Shown here: positions 32,438 to 45,300 of the stretch, piece after piece
Layout of the letters: the number at the start of each line of letters is the position of its first letter
Numbering within the stretch: the stretch's first letter is position 1
Source of the DNA: Yuukianura sp. NJ FZ-2021
Taxonomy: Eukaryota
Assembly: GCA_046563655.1 (NCBI GenBank)
Contig: CM102283.1
Coordinates: forward strand, 2,604,001 to 2,668,000
Reading direction: 5' to 3'
Length of the DNA: 64,000 nucleotides
Translations under genes and position numbers: made by a program
The notes under the pieces: generated by a model
Database searches by the model: none
What the model saw: only the letters and a program-made list of their open reading frames with translations
What the model was told of the DNA's origin: nothing

Positions 32438-34257
32438 TTAATCATGATGACTGTTGCGATGGTTGGCACGATCCCACTCATAGGTGGCGTACCTTGGGTG
32501 AAATGGGCGTCCAAAGCCAGCTTCGTCTTCTTCCCAAACCAGCTGATTCTCAGGACTCTCTCTGATTGGCGCAGAGGGAGATGGTAGGGTAGTTCCGTAG
32601 CGACTATACAGTTCCATTGCTTCAGCATACGAAGGCGGCGCTAAAATTTAAAATTTGGAAAATATTAAGTTAGGCGGGAAAACTTCAGAAAACTGGAAAT
32701 TCTCAAAAAAAAAAATTACGAGAATTGAAGTCCATTGGAGTAATGGTGATTTGCTGAGTCGCAGTGAAGCAAGTTGCGGGTGTTGGAACCTGGGGGTCAT
32801 TGACCTCTGTGAGTTGGCGATTTTGAGCAACGACGGTAGATGGCATGAGTGCCTCAAATAGGTTTCTGTACGGTACCGTTCCGAGGATCAGCTGTATTCT
32901 ACCGTTTATCGTAGTTTCAACAAAAGTTGACATTTTTAAAATAACCTGTTTGAAAATTTTAATATTCAAAATTTCAGTTTTCAGATAAACTTAAAAAATA
33001 TTAAAATTCACTTCCGAAAATACTATCGTGGTCCATTTTTGAAAATCCTGAAAATTCTTCTCTGAGGGCCCTATGGACCCCTGATTTATAAAAATAAAAA
33101 AAAAACTTTTTTCCGGAAATCAAGAAAAAATTTCAAAAATGGACGACGATAGTACACTTTTACCTTTACTTCAAGATAATACTGCAACATTATTAAACTG
33201 CCACCTCCGAGATTAGTTGGCGGAACGGCGGGAATTTTTAAACCTTGACCTTGACCTTGACCTTGACCTCCGCTCCAGGTCATTGAACTCTTGGAATTTA
33301 CTGATGGTCCAGTACTTTCCGCAACTACTTTCTTTTCGTCTATGGTGTGTCTACCAGTTGAGTCCTTGTAGGTGGCAACCTTCAAAAAGTTAAAAAAAAA
33401 CAATTTTTTTCAAAAATTTCAATTTTTTTAAAAACTTTGAGCCATCTGACCTGAACTAGTTGTAGGACAATGGTTGAAACGGGGCGTGAACTGTGATTGT
33501 GAACAGACAGATTGAATCGAGCGGTGTCTCCTGGAACAAATCCAGATTTTTCCAGAGTCAGCTGATACTCTACTTCAGTTGGACAGAAACAGAGACATGT
33601 TAAGAGACTAAACGTGTCCATGTGATGTCGCTTGTTGATTGTGACTGGTTTCTGCGCATGTCCAAACAAGTTGAGGTCCAGGAACCCGTTGACGGTGAAG
33701 TACGAACTCACTTTTTGTGCAAAGTTCCAAGGGCGCGTAATGGTCGCTTTTAAAAAATACTGAATGTTTCCATGAGCTCCTTGGAAAGACGATGGAATTC
33801 CTGGAGGAAGTTGAATCACAAACGGAAACGAATTTTCACCAGTTGGCAGTACAGTGACAGCATCTTGGGCTTCTAAAAAGTTTTTAAAAATTTCAAATTT
33901 CGAAATTTCGAAATTGACCTTGGAGAGGTCACATGACCCTTACTTACCGTCTCCGACTAAAGTTGTTTCAAAAGTAAAATAATTTTCTTTTCCAATAGCA
34001 TAACTGTGTGATTTTGAAGGTGATTTGGGTGTCCAACGTAAATCGGCGCGTCCTATACATGTTAGCTTCAGTGCTAAAATTATTTTCATTTATAAAATTA
34101 AAAAAAAAAAATTTTTTTTTTTTTTTGAATTTATATTTTGTAGTCTACCTTTAATTTTTTTTGGTTTGGCCAGATAAACCAAAACTTTGCCTTCAACGAC
34201 TTGACCCGCAAAGTACGAAGCGTTTGGGTCATCGAAAACTATTTTAAATAGCCTCAT
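32438..34257 (-). CDS. ARRDC: Alpha-arrestin / arrestin domain-containing protein
   Basis: Exons 34257-34149, 34073-33948, 33872-33451, 33379-~33170, 32945-32720, 32640-32438. Motifs YFAGQVVEGKV, LPTGENSFPFVIQLPPGIPSSFQGAHGNIQY, KSGFVPGD, LKIPAVPPTNL, LILGTVP, C-terminal PPSY (PPxY). Confidence 0.92.
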
Positions 34258-34903
34258 GTTTCCGAAATACAAAAAGTCAAAAGTCAATTTTCAAAAAGTT
34301 AGGTCAAAGGTCAACTTTCTTCTTCGTTGACCTTTCGGTTATGTCAGATTTTGACGAACTTTGTTTTACAACCTAGTATTGCACTGTACACCATCACAGC
34401 TTACCACCAGTGTCACTAACTAAGATGTGTAATAGTTTGGAACAAAGTTTTTATTGGCACTTGACACACTTTGTGACTCATGATTTTAGTTGGAATTAAT
34501 CTAAGAATGAAGAAAAAGACTGTAAAATAACATTGTGTAGACACTGTGATGTAACTTTTGGTGTAAAACAGTTTGAAGTTGAACTGAATCATCTACAATA
34601 GGCTTTTACTGTCTCATGTCTTTAGTCTTTGTTCTTTACAACTCAAGTTGCAAAATTTTGCAGAATAAAAATAGAATTCAATCTGCATGTTTTTGACGTA
34701 CAAAAACTAAAACAAGAATCCAAGAAACCAGCAATGAGAAAAGGCAGGGCAAAATTCTTTGGAATCGATAACACGCACACGCGCTTTTTCTTCTGTATAC
34801 TTTTCATAGTTCTCAAAAGAAGTTTAAATTGTTTCCCAAAACTTAAACTTAACCTAAAACTACCTGTAATGTTATTATCTGAGAGTCTGTATATTGTAAT
34901 TAG

Positions 34904-35100
34904 CAGACCTATCAAAAATATTTACTAAAAACCTGCGAGATATTTAAATAAATACAATATTTACTGAAAAAGGTCAAAATATTTACGAACTTAACATTAC
35001 GGGCATGGACAAATAAATAAATATTTACTAACCAAAAGACCCGAAATATTGATTTTGTTAACATTACAGGCATGGGAACTAAATATTTTTGACAGGTCTG
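34904..35100. mobile_element. MITE (hAT-like CAG terminus)
   Basis: 21-bp TIR CAGACCT(A/G)TCAAAAATATTTA; flanks share AATTAG (degenerate TSD). Confidence 0.65.
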
Positions 35101-35712
35101 GAATTAGTCTTACTACTTGGTCCCTTGTTTTGAGATCGATGAGGAGTTAATTTTCAAAAAAAAAATAAAAATAAAAATAAAACCCAATGCAGTTAGAAAA
35201 TAAGCTTTCACTCAACCTTGTCCTAATTCTGAGAATAGGTAAAGACACTCTAAAGAAGAACAATCTAAAAACCCGTTACAACGGTAAACCAGAACTCAAA
35301 ATAGTATAAAGTATCTACCAAAATTTCTGGATAAAAGAGACTGAACCCCAGAAAAGATGGATTCATTCCTGTTTAAATTGTTTTTTCAGTCTAATTTCAA
35401 ACCTGTTCATCGCTACTCTATTCTACCCCAACTTCTAAACAAGAACTTCTTCAAAACATGGGGAAAAGAAGTGGAAAAAGGGGGAAAAATAGTGCTGCAA
35501 AACAAAAAGAAAAAAAAGAACAAACTAAATTACGTAGTGTAATTAGACAACAAATAATACAACAAACTGAAACTGGTGTCGTCGGTTTAGGACGTGTTAG
35601 GTCCGAAGAGGAAACTAAACGTTTAAACGAATTAACAAAAATAGCGCTAAAACAATTCAAACTAGGTTCAAGTTGTAATAAGGCAACTGACTTAGGGGTA
35701 AGATGATAAATA

Positions 35713-36576
35713 CCCTATTTCACGGCGTATTGGGCGCACTCGCGTATACCCCGCACCCAAAAATAATGTGTAGGGTATAAAATAAGTGAAATTGGTCCAA
35801 ATCTGGAACAAAGCGAATAGCGGTTGTGTCTTAACCTTTGCACTAGCTTTTTTTAAAATACGACACAAACAGAATCATTCTTCATTATCCCTCCATTTTT
35901 TTCAATATTGATGATCCAGTAAGTGATCGCTGAAAGCCAGAGTATCCACACCAATACTGAGATTTTAAGCTAAAGCCACCACTCGCTCCGCAAATATTCC
36001 GGGATTCTATGAAACCACTCTTCGGTATGGGAAATTTCTGAAACGATCGGGGATCTCTGAAAGCTAACCACTCCCTTCCCATTCGTCAAACAGTTCACTT
36101 TTTAGAGATTATCTTGCAGAAAAAAAACACAGGCAGTGTTTCTGGATTAGCTGAATGGATATAATATTTCTTCCACTCTCCTCGAAATGGTGGATGCATC
36201 CGGATTTGTTTTGGTTTCTTCCGAATATCCATTTTTTTTAGCATTTTGTCTAGGTTAGGACTGGATAAATTGACAAAACCTGATAAAATTCAATTTCTGA
36301 ACACAAAATTCAGTTTTGTCCGGAAGAAACCAGTTAAATCTGGATATATCCACCAGTTCGAGGAGAATGGAAGAAATATTTTTTCGATCCAGCAACACTG
36401 ATTTGGAGGATTAAGGCAATTTTTGTCAGTATTTAGCAGATCGGTTGAAGAAATCAACGAAGAACTAACTTTTTAGAACTCTTTTTAGAGTTTATTTTAG
36501 AACTAATTTTTTTTTCGTTTTGGGTTGGGTTCGAAAAACATCAGATTACCCGCGGGGTATACGCCGTGAAATTGGG
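35713..36576. mobile_element. Non-autonomous Tc1/mariner(pogo)-like element with a nested H1 MITE (36134-36400)
   Basis: TIR CCC(T/A)ATTTCACGGCGTAT flanked by TA. The inner element CAGTGTTTCTGGAT...ATCCAGCAACACTG is a long imperfect palindrome. Confidence 0.7.
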
Positions 36577-37131
36577 TACTTTTCATAACTATACGTCTGG
36601 AGACGATATGGACAAGTTAATCCCCGACATTTCAAAAATTGTTATCCTAAAAACCGAAACTACGGCCGGAGCCACGACAATGCCACCCAGAAACTATTCT
36701 TGCGTTTGATAACATCATACAGCAATGGACGAATAAACACAGCGATACTTTTCCTCTACAAACACTCAAAAATGCTCATGATTAATTACAATCAAGTTTG
36801 CAATTTTTCAAAGTTCCTATACCATTGTGCACCATATTAAAGAAAAAAAATGTTTTGCAAAATTCCATCTAAAATTATAAGTTGTCTGTCACTGCAAAGT
36901 GCAAAGAGAAAATATTAGTGATCGCTATTGCTTTAACTTTTTTGAGTTGTTTCAAGTCGCTCGCTTCAGTTACTGGAAATACAGAGCCCGCGAAATTCAA
37001 ACAGAAGTTCCGTTACTTTGTGATTTTTTTTTATAATCAGCTGATCACTTCGTCCAATTCAATTGATTTGATTGATTGATTGTTTTCATTCGTCGTTTTA
37101 AATTCGTTTTCAGATTTTTGAAATTTTGAAA

Positions 37132-38354
37132 ATGGCGGCTGGATTGGAAATTGTATCGAGTGTCAAATGCTTCCGTGGATTCCAGAAGGTGTATCGACAT
37201 GTCAGTGAAGAAGTGGGCTGTTCCATGAGATTTTCTGTATATGAACCAGAAGGAATTGCAACTGGTGAAAAATTTAACGTCCTTTTCTACTTGTCTGGTC
37301 TAACTTGTACTGAAGAAAACTTCATAATCAAGTCAGGGTTCCAGAAATATGCTAACGAATTCAAGTTTATCGTCGTTGGACCGGATACGAGTCCACGTAA
37401 GATATGTAGATTTCTAAAGATAAATCTTAGCCACTTTTCGTTTAACCTCAAATTGTGGTTTAAAACTTGGATTTTGATTTTTTGGTTAGGTGGCCTCAAT
37501 CTTCCGGGAGAGAAAGACATGTGGAACTTTGGAGAAGGAGCTGGAGCTTACGTCGGTACGCTGAGGATTCTATCAGTTTGAGTCTAATTTGTTAATTACT
37601 TGTTATGTATAATGATTTTCATGATTAATCTGTTCTTAGATGCATTGGAAGAACCATGGTCAAAACACTACAGAATGTACTCCTACATAACAAAAGAACT
37701 TTATCAACTGATCATTAACCACTTTCCGACGACTGGGAAAGTCGGCATCTTTGGTCACAGGTTAGACCGGGACTGTATAACATAAAATAACCTTCTTTCG
37801 ACGTCACAATTCACAAATAACATGAGCCGTTGATTTTCTCGATTTTTAGCATGGGTGGACATGGTGCAATCACAATGGGACTCCGGAATCCAGATTTATT
37901 CCAGTCCATCTCTGCCTTTGCTCCGATAACAAATCCAGCCAGCAACAGTTGGGGGAAATATGTCGCCTTTAAGAAATACTTGGGAGATGAAAATCAAGAT
38001 ATGTGGTGCCTTTACGACTCTTGCGCCGTGGCAGAATCCTACAGTGGACCACCACGCGAAATATTAGTTGACCAGGTATGCGACTAGTTCGAAACTAACT
38101 TATACTTAACTAATTTTTAGCTCTCTGATAACATTTATATTTGAAACCAACTTTAATTTTAGGGTTTGAGTGATGAATTTCTGGAGGAAATTCTTCAACC
38201 GGAGAAATTGGAAGCGGCGGTGTCCAAGAACCCGGATAGGCTGAGATTGAATCTGAGATTACACGAAGGTTACAATCACTCGTACTACTTTGTGTCCACT
38301 TTCATTGGTGACCACTTTCTACATCATTCCAAAATACTCAATGAAAATGTCTAA
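37132..38354 (+). CDS. ESD: S-formylglutathione hydrolase (esterase D)
   Basis: Exons 37132-37396, 37490-37555, 37640-37760, 37850-38075, 38163-38354. Motifs YLSGLTCTEENF, PDTSPRG, GHSMGGHGA (split by an intron), SAFAPI, DQG..DEFL, GYNHSYYFVSTFIGDH. Confidence 0.96.
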
Positions 38355-38739
38355 ACATGCACTCTGTACAGTCAAATTCCCTGACGATGGACAAGATCAA
38401 TCAATGATTAGCAATCATTCAATAAATGCAGCTTGCAATGTAAAAATCAAACGGTTTCATGGAATCAAATTTTATAAGATAAAACTATTATGAATCTACT
38501 GGTAAGTTAATCTAAACGTTACTTGGCGGAATCACAAGTGATAGAAGTCAGGGAAGAATCGAACTTCCTAGATATTAGTCTGCGCGTGATTGCCGATCAC
38601 TCCGATCGCCGATCCGGATCGACCGACTTCACATCGCTCCATATGCTTATATATACTAATTTCCATTAAGGTTAACTACTTGCATTAATTATCCAAAATG
38701 CTTATCAAGTAATCAAATATCAAAATCAAACGTACAAAT

Positions 38740-40091
38740 CTACCCGAGTAATCGGTACGGTTCAGGGTAGGGGTCATGACATAACTCAATGTGAGGGAAA
38801 TGGTCTTTGAATGTTTCCAGTGACGCAATTACTGGAGTTGTCACGTAGATAATCAGTTTCTGGAGTTTGCTACACCTATGGGCAATATAGTCCAAGAATA
38901 GAACTGGAAATCCTGCGCGTACCACAATAATCCCACTCAAATCCAAGATCTAATTAACAATTATTGTCAATACTTTGAGTAAAGCAAAGTAAAACACAAT
39001 GTTCTATTATGTTCAATACTTACGCGTAAGTTGGGAAATCTCTCTGAAAAAATGGCGATTGTTCTGGACACAATCTTTCTACTGTCGTCGACTGGATGAT
39101 ACTTGCCAATATACAGTTCTTCCAGAGTGGAAATGTTGTGGATCGACTCGAAATCGCTGTCTCGGAGATCAGTGTTAGTAAAATTCAAATTCTGTAAAAC
39201 CAAAACGTTTTTATTTTATAGAAAGTCGTTTTTGAACATGGGATGGGATTTTATAACATTTACCTTAAGTTTTGAAAATCCGTTTCGAGCAGCCATGGCA
39301 AAGTAAGGAATGGAATCTCCAACATGTCCGCAACCTTCTAGGTTTAGTACCAACAGCTCCGGACATTTGCTGATTGCCAGCAGCGCATGTGTGGTGACCC
39401 AGGAGCAGTATTTGAGAATAAGTTCTTCTAATTTCTGAAAATGTTCAGCCATGCCCTGTAAAGATAACTATTCGTTAATTTTGTTAATTGATTTGCTGTA
39501 AGAATGAATTGGTTGATGATGTGTTACCCGGAACCATTGAGTTTCCTCCATGACATGCGAAATATGCGTTCCAGTCAACTCCAAAACTTTGAGAGTACTT
39601 GGAAACATTGTGATTTTGTTAAAAAGTCTTCCGTCTAGACTCTGTCGGATGATATGGAGATTTGTGAGTGCTTGTGGAGTTCGATCTGGACGTAAATAGG
39701 AGTATCGAGGATCTATCCCAAGAAGAAGAGATGGACAGAGACTAGATCTGTTGCCACGATTGGGATAGTTTTGAGATACAAGTGATAGAACGGTAGTGGA
39801 CGGATTGATGTAACGCCGGAAAATTAGTTTCATAGTTTCATAGTCATCTGGTGGGTCAACTATTCTGATCATCAGTATTTTATCGAAGGATAGCCGTTTT
39901 AGTCGTCCACAAGTCCTAAAAATGACCAAATCTCATATAAATCACTAAGCACAAACAAAATTTTCAAGCATCCCATGCAAGAATAATAACCTGGAAGTAG
40001 AAATAATATCTGTTGTCGATAGAGACTGCAGAATCATCAACAAAACTTCGTCCGACAGCTTCAACAGATGACATCCATTTTTTCCGAACAT
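38740..40091 (-). CDS. F-box/LRR-repeat protein (~352 aa)
   Basis: Exons 40091-39991, 39915-39528, 39455-39264, 39191-39024, 38949-38740. The F-box LLKLSDEVLLMILQSLSTTDIISTSRTCGRLKRLSFDK is in a frame the ORF track did not list. LRRs LEELILKYC and LLVLNLEGC. Confidence 0.85.
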
Positions 40092-42383
40092 GATTGAGCG
40101 CGATGACCTTCGGTCGCCTTTCGTGACTTTCTTCGTTCTTTCTTTCTAATGTCGTCGACGACAACTTGTCGTTAGCTTCTAAACGTTAAGAAACGAGGTT
40201 TAAACATTACAATGTTTTAAATGAATAGCGTTCAACCCACCTTATCCCGCTAGAGGAGAGTGAGTTATTGCAAATTGTTAGCGGCACAGATTAAGAATCA
40301 ATTGCCAAAGAGTTTTCTTTTGGTCACGAAAACAACGAAACGGAAGTCAGGTCTGACAGATGACAACAGCAATAAGCCGACCGGTGGTCCTACTTCTTAA
40401 ATCGAATTTCCATTCTCCGTTCTTGTTTGTTCGGTCGTTGCCCTCGCCCTAATGTAAAAAGCAGAACTTAAGATTCCAAGAACACCAAATGTCAATTAGT
40501 AATTAGTTTACACTTTACCGTACAGCTGATGAAGGAGGAGCTACTCGTGACAGAGACAGGGAGCATAACAATAGGTCGGCACTTTCCGACCCTGCAATAT
40601 TTTCATATCTTGAACGGGCCGAAATTTCACCCCCGCTCTAAATTCCCGGTCAACTTCAAAGAATGATATCCCTTTTGCATGTTTTTTGGGACTTTGGCCT
40701 TTTGCAGTTTTCGGAAATATAGGGAAAATGGAACCTTAGCATTAAACTATTTTTGGTCTATTTTGGCATTAAATTCACTTAAAACGTATTTTTCTGTTAT
40801 AAAACGTAAACCATTGCTCGGCACGTTTGCTCCACTCCCGTTCCCGAAATCTCTATTTGTTTAACCTTTACCCTTCCACTTCCGTTCCTCCAGGGCACGT
40901 AGTCCGTGTAATTCGTTTACATTTGCGTATAATTCGTGGTATGATGGCGTCTTCTTCATGATGCCCTAGTGCTATGCTAAATACATTGAGTATGTATAAT
41001 ACGTATTATACAGCGTATAATACGATATAATATCCGAAAGATGGTATTTTGCGTGCCTTGCGCTCCTCCGATGTTCGAATGAACATTGAACAGATTTGAA
41101 TTGAACATCGAACAATCCTCTTTCGTTAGAGCGCGTAATCGACGATTGCAAAGAGTGAGGAGCATGGATTGGAAAGTGCCGAGCTTTGAACATGATACAT
41201 TGTGTAGAGTTTTGCACAAAGTGGTTGTGCGCAAGTGCAATCGGAGGAGATTGAGAGAAGAAGAGAAAGAAGAAGGGATTTCCTTTCACTCACTTACCAA
41301 AGTGAAGTGGACGAGAAGAGGAGGGGTGATAGTGATTGTGGATGTGGACGTCAATTAACAACAAAAAATCATCATCAAAACAAAGTTCATCAATCAATTG
41401 CTCAACATCATCGAGTAAATGAAGTGTCAAGTGTAATCAAGCACTCTCGGAGGCGACAATAGCAAGGAAAAGACAGGTTACACTTTTACTCACTTTTACT
41501 TTATGTTTTTTACCCAGTTAGCGCACAGTATTTGTTTAGGGTGGTTTTTAACTTGTATAAATTTCTTATTGAAGATCATTTTTACGAAGTAATTAATAAT
41601 TGTCAGTGTCAATTACTTTTTGAACTACTCAGTGGATGACTCAAAGAAGCCTGCTACAGAAGGAGTTTAAAAGAAAATCGACGTATGTCTTGCGTCATTT
41701 GAGTTGTTTTGTTTGTCACAGCACACCCTTCATTCCATTGACCTTGAACGGAGCAACTGGAATTTTAATACACCATACCACCTAAACTTAATTACAATTG
41801 AACTACAACAAAGCTTATTAGTGAGTTACGTAATGACTAACAGAGACTAACAGTTGTTTGTCATTGGCATAGTAAGTTCAATTGATTTCAACAACGACCT
41901 TTGTACTGTTTGTTAACTTTTATTAGTAAGTACCTTAGCTGATGGTACTTTTTAAGCACAGTACTGTTTACTGGGAGAATCCAAAATCGATAACTCCAAA
42001 TATCCTGCTGCTGCTGATGACTAAAGTAAAGTTCATTAGAAAAAGAGCTTTAGATTTTTGGAAGTCATCTTGTCACTGTGACAAGGAAACTGGGACACTG
42101 TGAATTGATAAATCCTAATCTTTCCGTCCGACTAAAATTTGACGTTAACGTGTCGACGTGTAGTGCGTTGTAGTGGAACAGTATCTAATTACTTACTATG
42201 GTTCTGTGTTAGCTCCAATTACAATTTGTGGCGAGGAAGTTAAAAGGTTTTGTTTTTAATTTTAGGTTTTCCGTGTCAACGTGTTTAAAGAGGACTCATC
42301 ACACTTAGCAGTGTTAAAAGTTAACAACTCTCCTCAAACGTCAAGGATCGAACGTTATATTTGAAGCAGAGTTTTGACCAATC

Positions 42384-45300
42384 ATGGGTCAGTTTGACCC
42401 GAAAGACATGGACGGAAACCACCAACCTCCGAACTTAACTGGACACAGTGTCATTGGTTCTCCTACGGCAGACACAATCGCAACTGGACCTGGAACGACT
42501 CCAGTCAAATACGGAGAACTCATTGTCCTTGGGTAAGGTTGTGTTTTTCAATTAGTAATTGATAAATCAATGTGGTAAAAGTGTCTTTGTGTAGAATTGT
42601 AATTAGAAAAGCCATAAAGCCGCATCCGTCCCACCGGATTTACACACCTTGAGCCCATCCAAGTCAAAATGAAAGTCACCATTAACCAAAAACTTTCGTT
42701 TTTATCATTTGCTGCACTGGCACAATGTTGCACTGGTTACTTAATACATTCACTGGCACTACCGAATTACTAATTGGCAAAATTAGTAACAAATTTTATA
42801 AGTTAGGTTTACTTTAGGTTAGTGCACTTGCCTAACGTAAGCCTAACTTACTTTTACTTGATCGTTTGTTGCAATTGTGAATTTGTTGCGTAAATACTGC
42901 CGTGATTGAATTTCATTTCGTCACACAGAAGTGTGAAGTCTTTCGGAAGCGGCAATCACAATCGCAGTTTCGCAGTTTCAAAACTTTCAAAATGTCGCAA
43001 CACCAATACCCAAAACCTTGGGAAATACCGGGATTTTCATAAGTCTTCTACTAATGAGGAATTAGAAAACTTTTTAAATACGCTACTAGTAAAATCTTAT
43101 GCGAAAAAGCATGTCACATGATAGGGAGATGTGCCTGCGCAGCTTAGCTGACTAAAAAAGGACGATGACGATTAGCATTTGACGATGACAAAAGACAAAG
43201 ATCCGTTTCAAGAATTCTGAAGAAGATCCGTTTCAATTTAGGCTCTTTTAGTCCTTTTACTGATGCGTACAATATTTTTTAGTAAAAAAAAGTGATAGTA
43301 ATCTACTTACGGCCCAGTTACATTTGTTTTCATCATCATTTTTGATCATTTTGAGTATACTAAAAAGTATAAAAAGTTAAACTTTTGTGCCGTTTTGTAC
43401 AGCTTTCTGCTTCTCCAAATATGAAAGTTTGGAGATGATAAAAAGTTTTTGCTAATTTCTTTTTCTTGCCGTTGCGCTCTACGGCCCTTTATGAACATTT
43501 TGGAATAATTGCATCCTAAAAAGCGCCAAAAGGCATGACACGATGCGACAATTTATCTGTGCATTAACGTTATTATTTCCTTTTAAAATGTCGTCTTCTC
43601 CCAACATTATGATAAAAGCACAAAGCCATTACTACCGCAGTTTTTTACTTTTTCGCAAAAGTTTTTTTCAATGCCGGCGGCAAAACTGTGAGTCAATTCC
43701 TGAATTCGGAGTTCATTTTTAGCGTGTTTTTGTCACTTTTTGACGTTTTTTCTTCGTTTGGCGTTTTTGTCTCTTTTTTTTTTTTGGCGTTTTTCTCCTT
43801 TTGGTGTTTTTTTTTCTCGAGACGACCTTGGCTGATTTTTTTTTTGCATAGTCTCGAAAACTGTGCCAAAAATTTGTTCCGAGGTTAGGTTTTACGGAAA
43901 TTGCAAATGGTGGGAACAAAGTGGGCGTGACTCGGTGAAAAAACGGGATTTTTCCATTAAGGTTAGTCCTCAATGGATTGAACATTGAACTTGAACTTGT
44001 TTGAAAGTTGAAAAAAAAGTGAAGAAATGAAGTTTTGTTTTGTTTTTTTTTGAGTGAGGATGAAAAAGAAAAAAAAAGTTTTTACAAAAAGTTAGTATTC
44101 CGTTACTACTAAAATTGTTCATGTGAAACGACGAGAACAATTGGATGGTTCAACGGTTCATGTCATGTGTCTGTACAGTTCCCCAGAGGGGAATAGAGAC
44201 TAGGTTAGGTTAGCCTAATCTGGTTAGGCTAACGTAACCTAACGAAGACGAAGAAATTGAAATTTGAAACTTATAAAGGGCTTTGTTTTGAGGGAGTATT
44301 GGGTTTTGTATCATTTGGTTGCAATTTTTCTGAAGCTTGCATTTTTTTTGTTGGTTTTAGTTTATTTATGTAAGTGGAACGGGGATAATTTCATTGTCAT
44401 TTGGCACGAGTAGTGCGGAGGAAGTGTAATAAGTAATAAGGTTAGGTTTTGCAACTTGTTAAGGTTATGTTGTTAGGTTGAAGCTTAAAGTTAGGTTTGA
44501 GCGTATGTTCCCTCAAGGTTCCTTGACAACGAAAAATTAATTTTCTGTAACAGGTTGGGTACTGCCACGCATGTGACAAAAAATGAAAAAAACGAAAATT
44601 GTTACCAATTTTGGTCGAAGCCAAAAAAAATTGTTACCAATTCGAATGTAAAATTTAAAACATTCGGCTGTATTGTTATAACTACGATGCCATGAAATGA
44701 AAGACACTCTTTTGTTTGAAAAATCGAAAAAACATGAGGTATTACTCGACCTGTTACAGAAAATCAACGTCAACAAACCTTGGGTTCCCTGTTGTAATTG
44801 GTTTTGTCATGCTCCAACAACTTTATCATGGTTACTTGTGTCTTATGTTTTATGAGTTTTTATTATGTTTGTAGGTATAATGGATTTTTGCCACAAGGTG
44901 ACAAAGGTCGACGAAGGTCAAAGTTCGTTTTGTCCAGACGAGAGAAACCAAATGGAATAAGAAGATACAAACACTACGTTGTGGACACTCCACACACTTC
45001 CAAAGCAGTACTGGACACAACGGTTCACTCCATTTCATATACGCTTTCCAGGAATCAGGCTGTTATTGTGGAGTATGTAGCAGATGAAGAGACTGACATG
45101 TTCCAGGTAAACTCAAAATGCAGTTTCGCAATTTGTTATTTTGAATTTGAATTGTAAAACGTTAGGGTAGGTTTTGTGAAGTGGTAATTTTTGTTTGTTT
45201 TTGTTGTTGACAGATTGGGCGGTCTTCAGAAGTGCCGATAGACTTTGTGGTGATGGACACTGTGGCGGGTGATAAGTCAGGCGGAGTGGACAAGTCAATG

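Noticed and set aside
33243-33270. (GGTCAA)n run in arrestin exon 4 as a hormone-response array
   Set aside because: It is a coding GQ-repeat slippage whose copy number differs in the duplicate at ~28360.
39964-40164. 66-aa ORF-track protein as exon 1 of the F-box gene
   Set aside because: Wrong frame; the F-box is encoded from ATG 40091 in an overlapping frame.
44200-44245. TTAGG/CCTAA motifs (also ~42800, ~50915, ~53040) as interstitial telomere
   Set aside because: Only 2-3 imperfect units in mixed orientation; more likely short dispersed repeat remnants.
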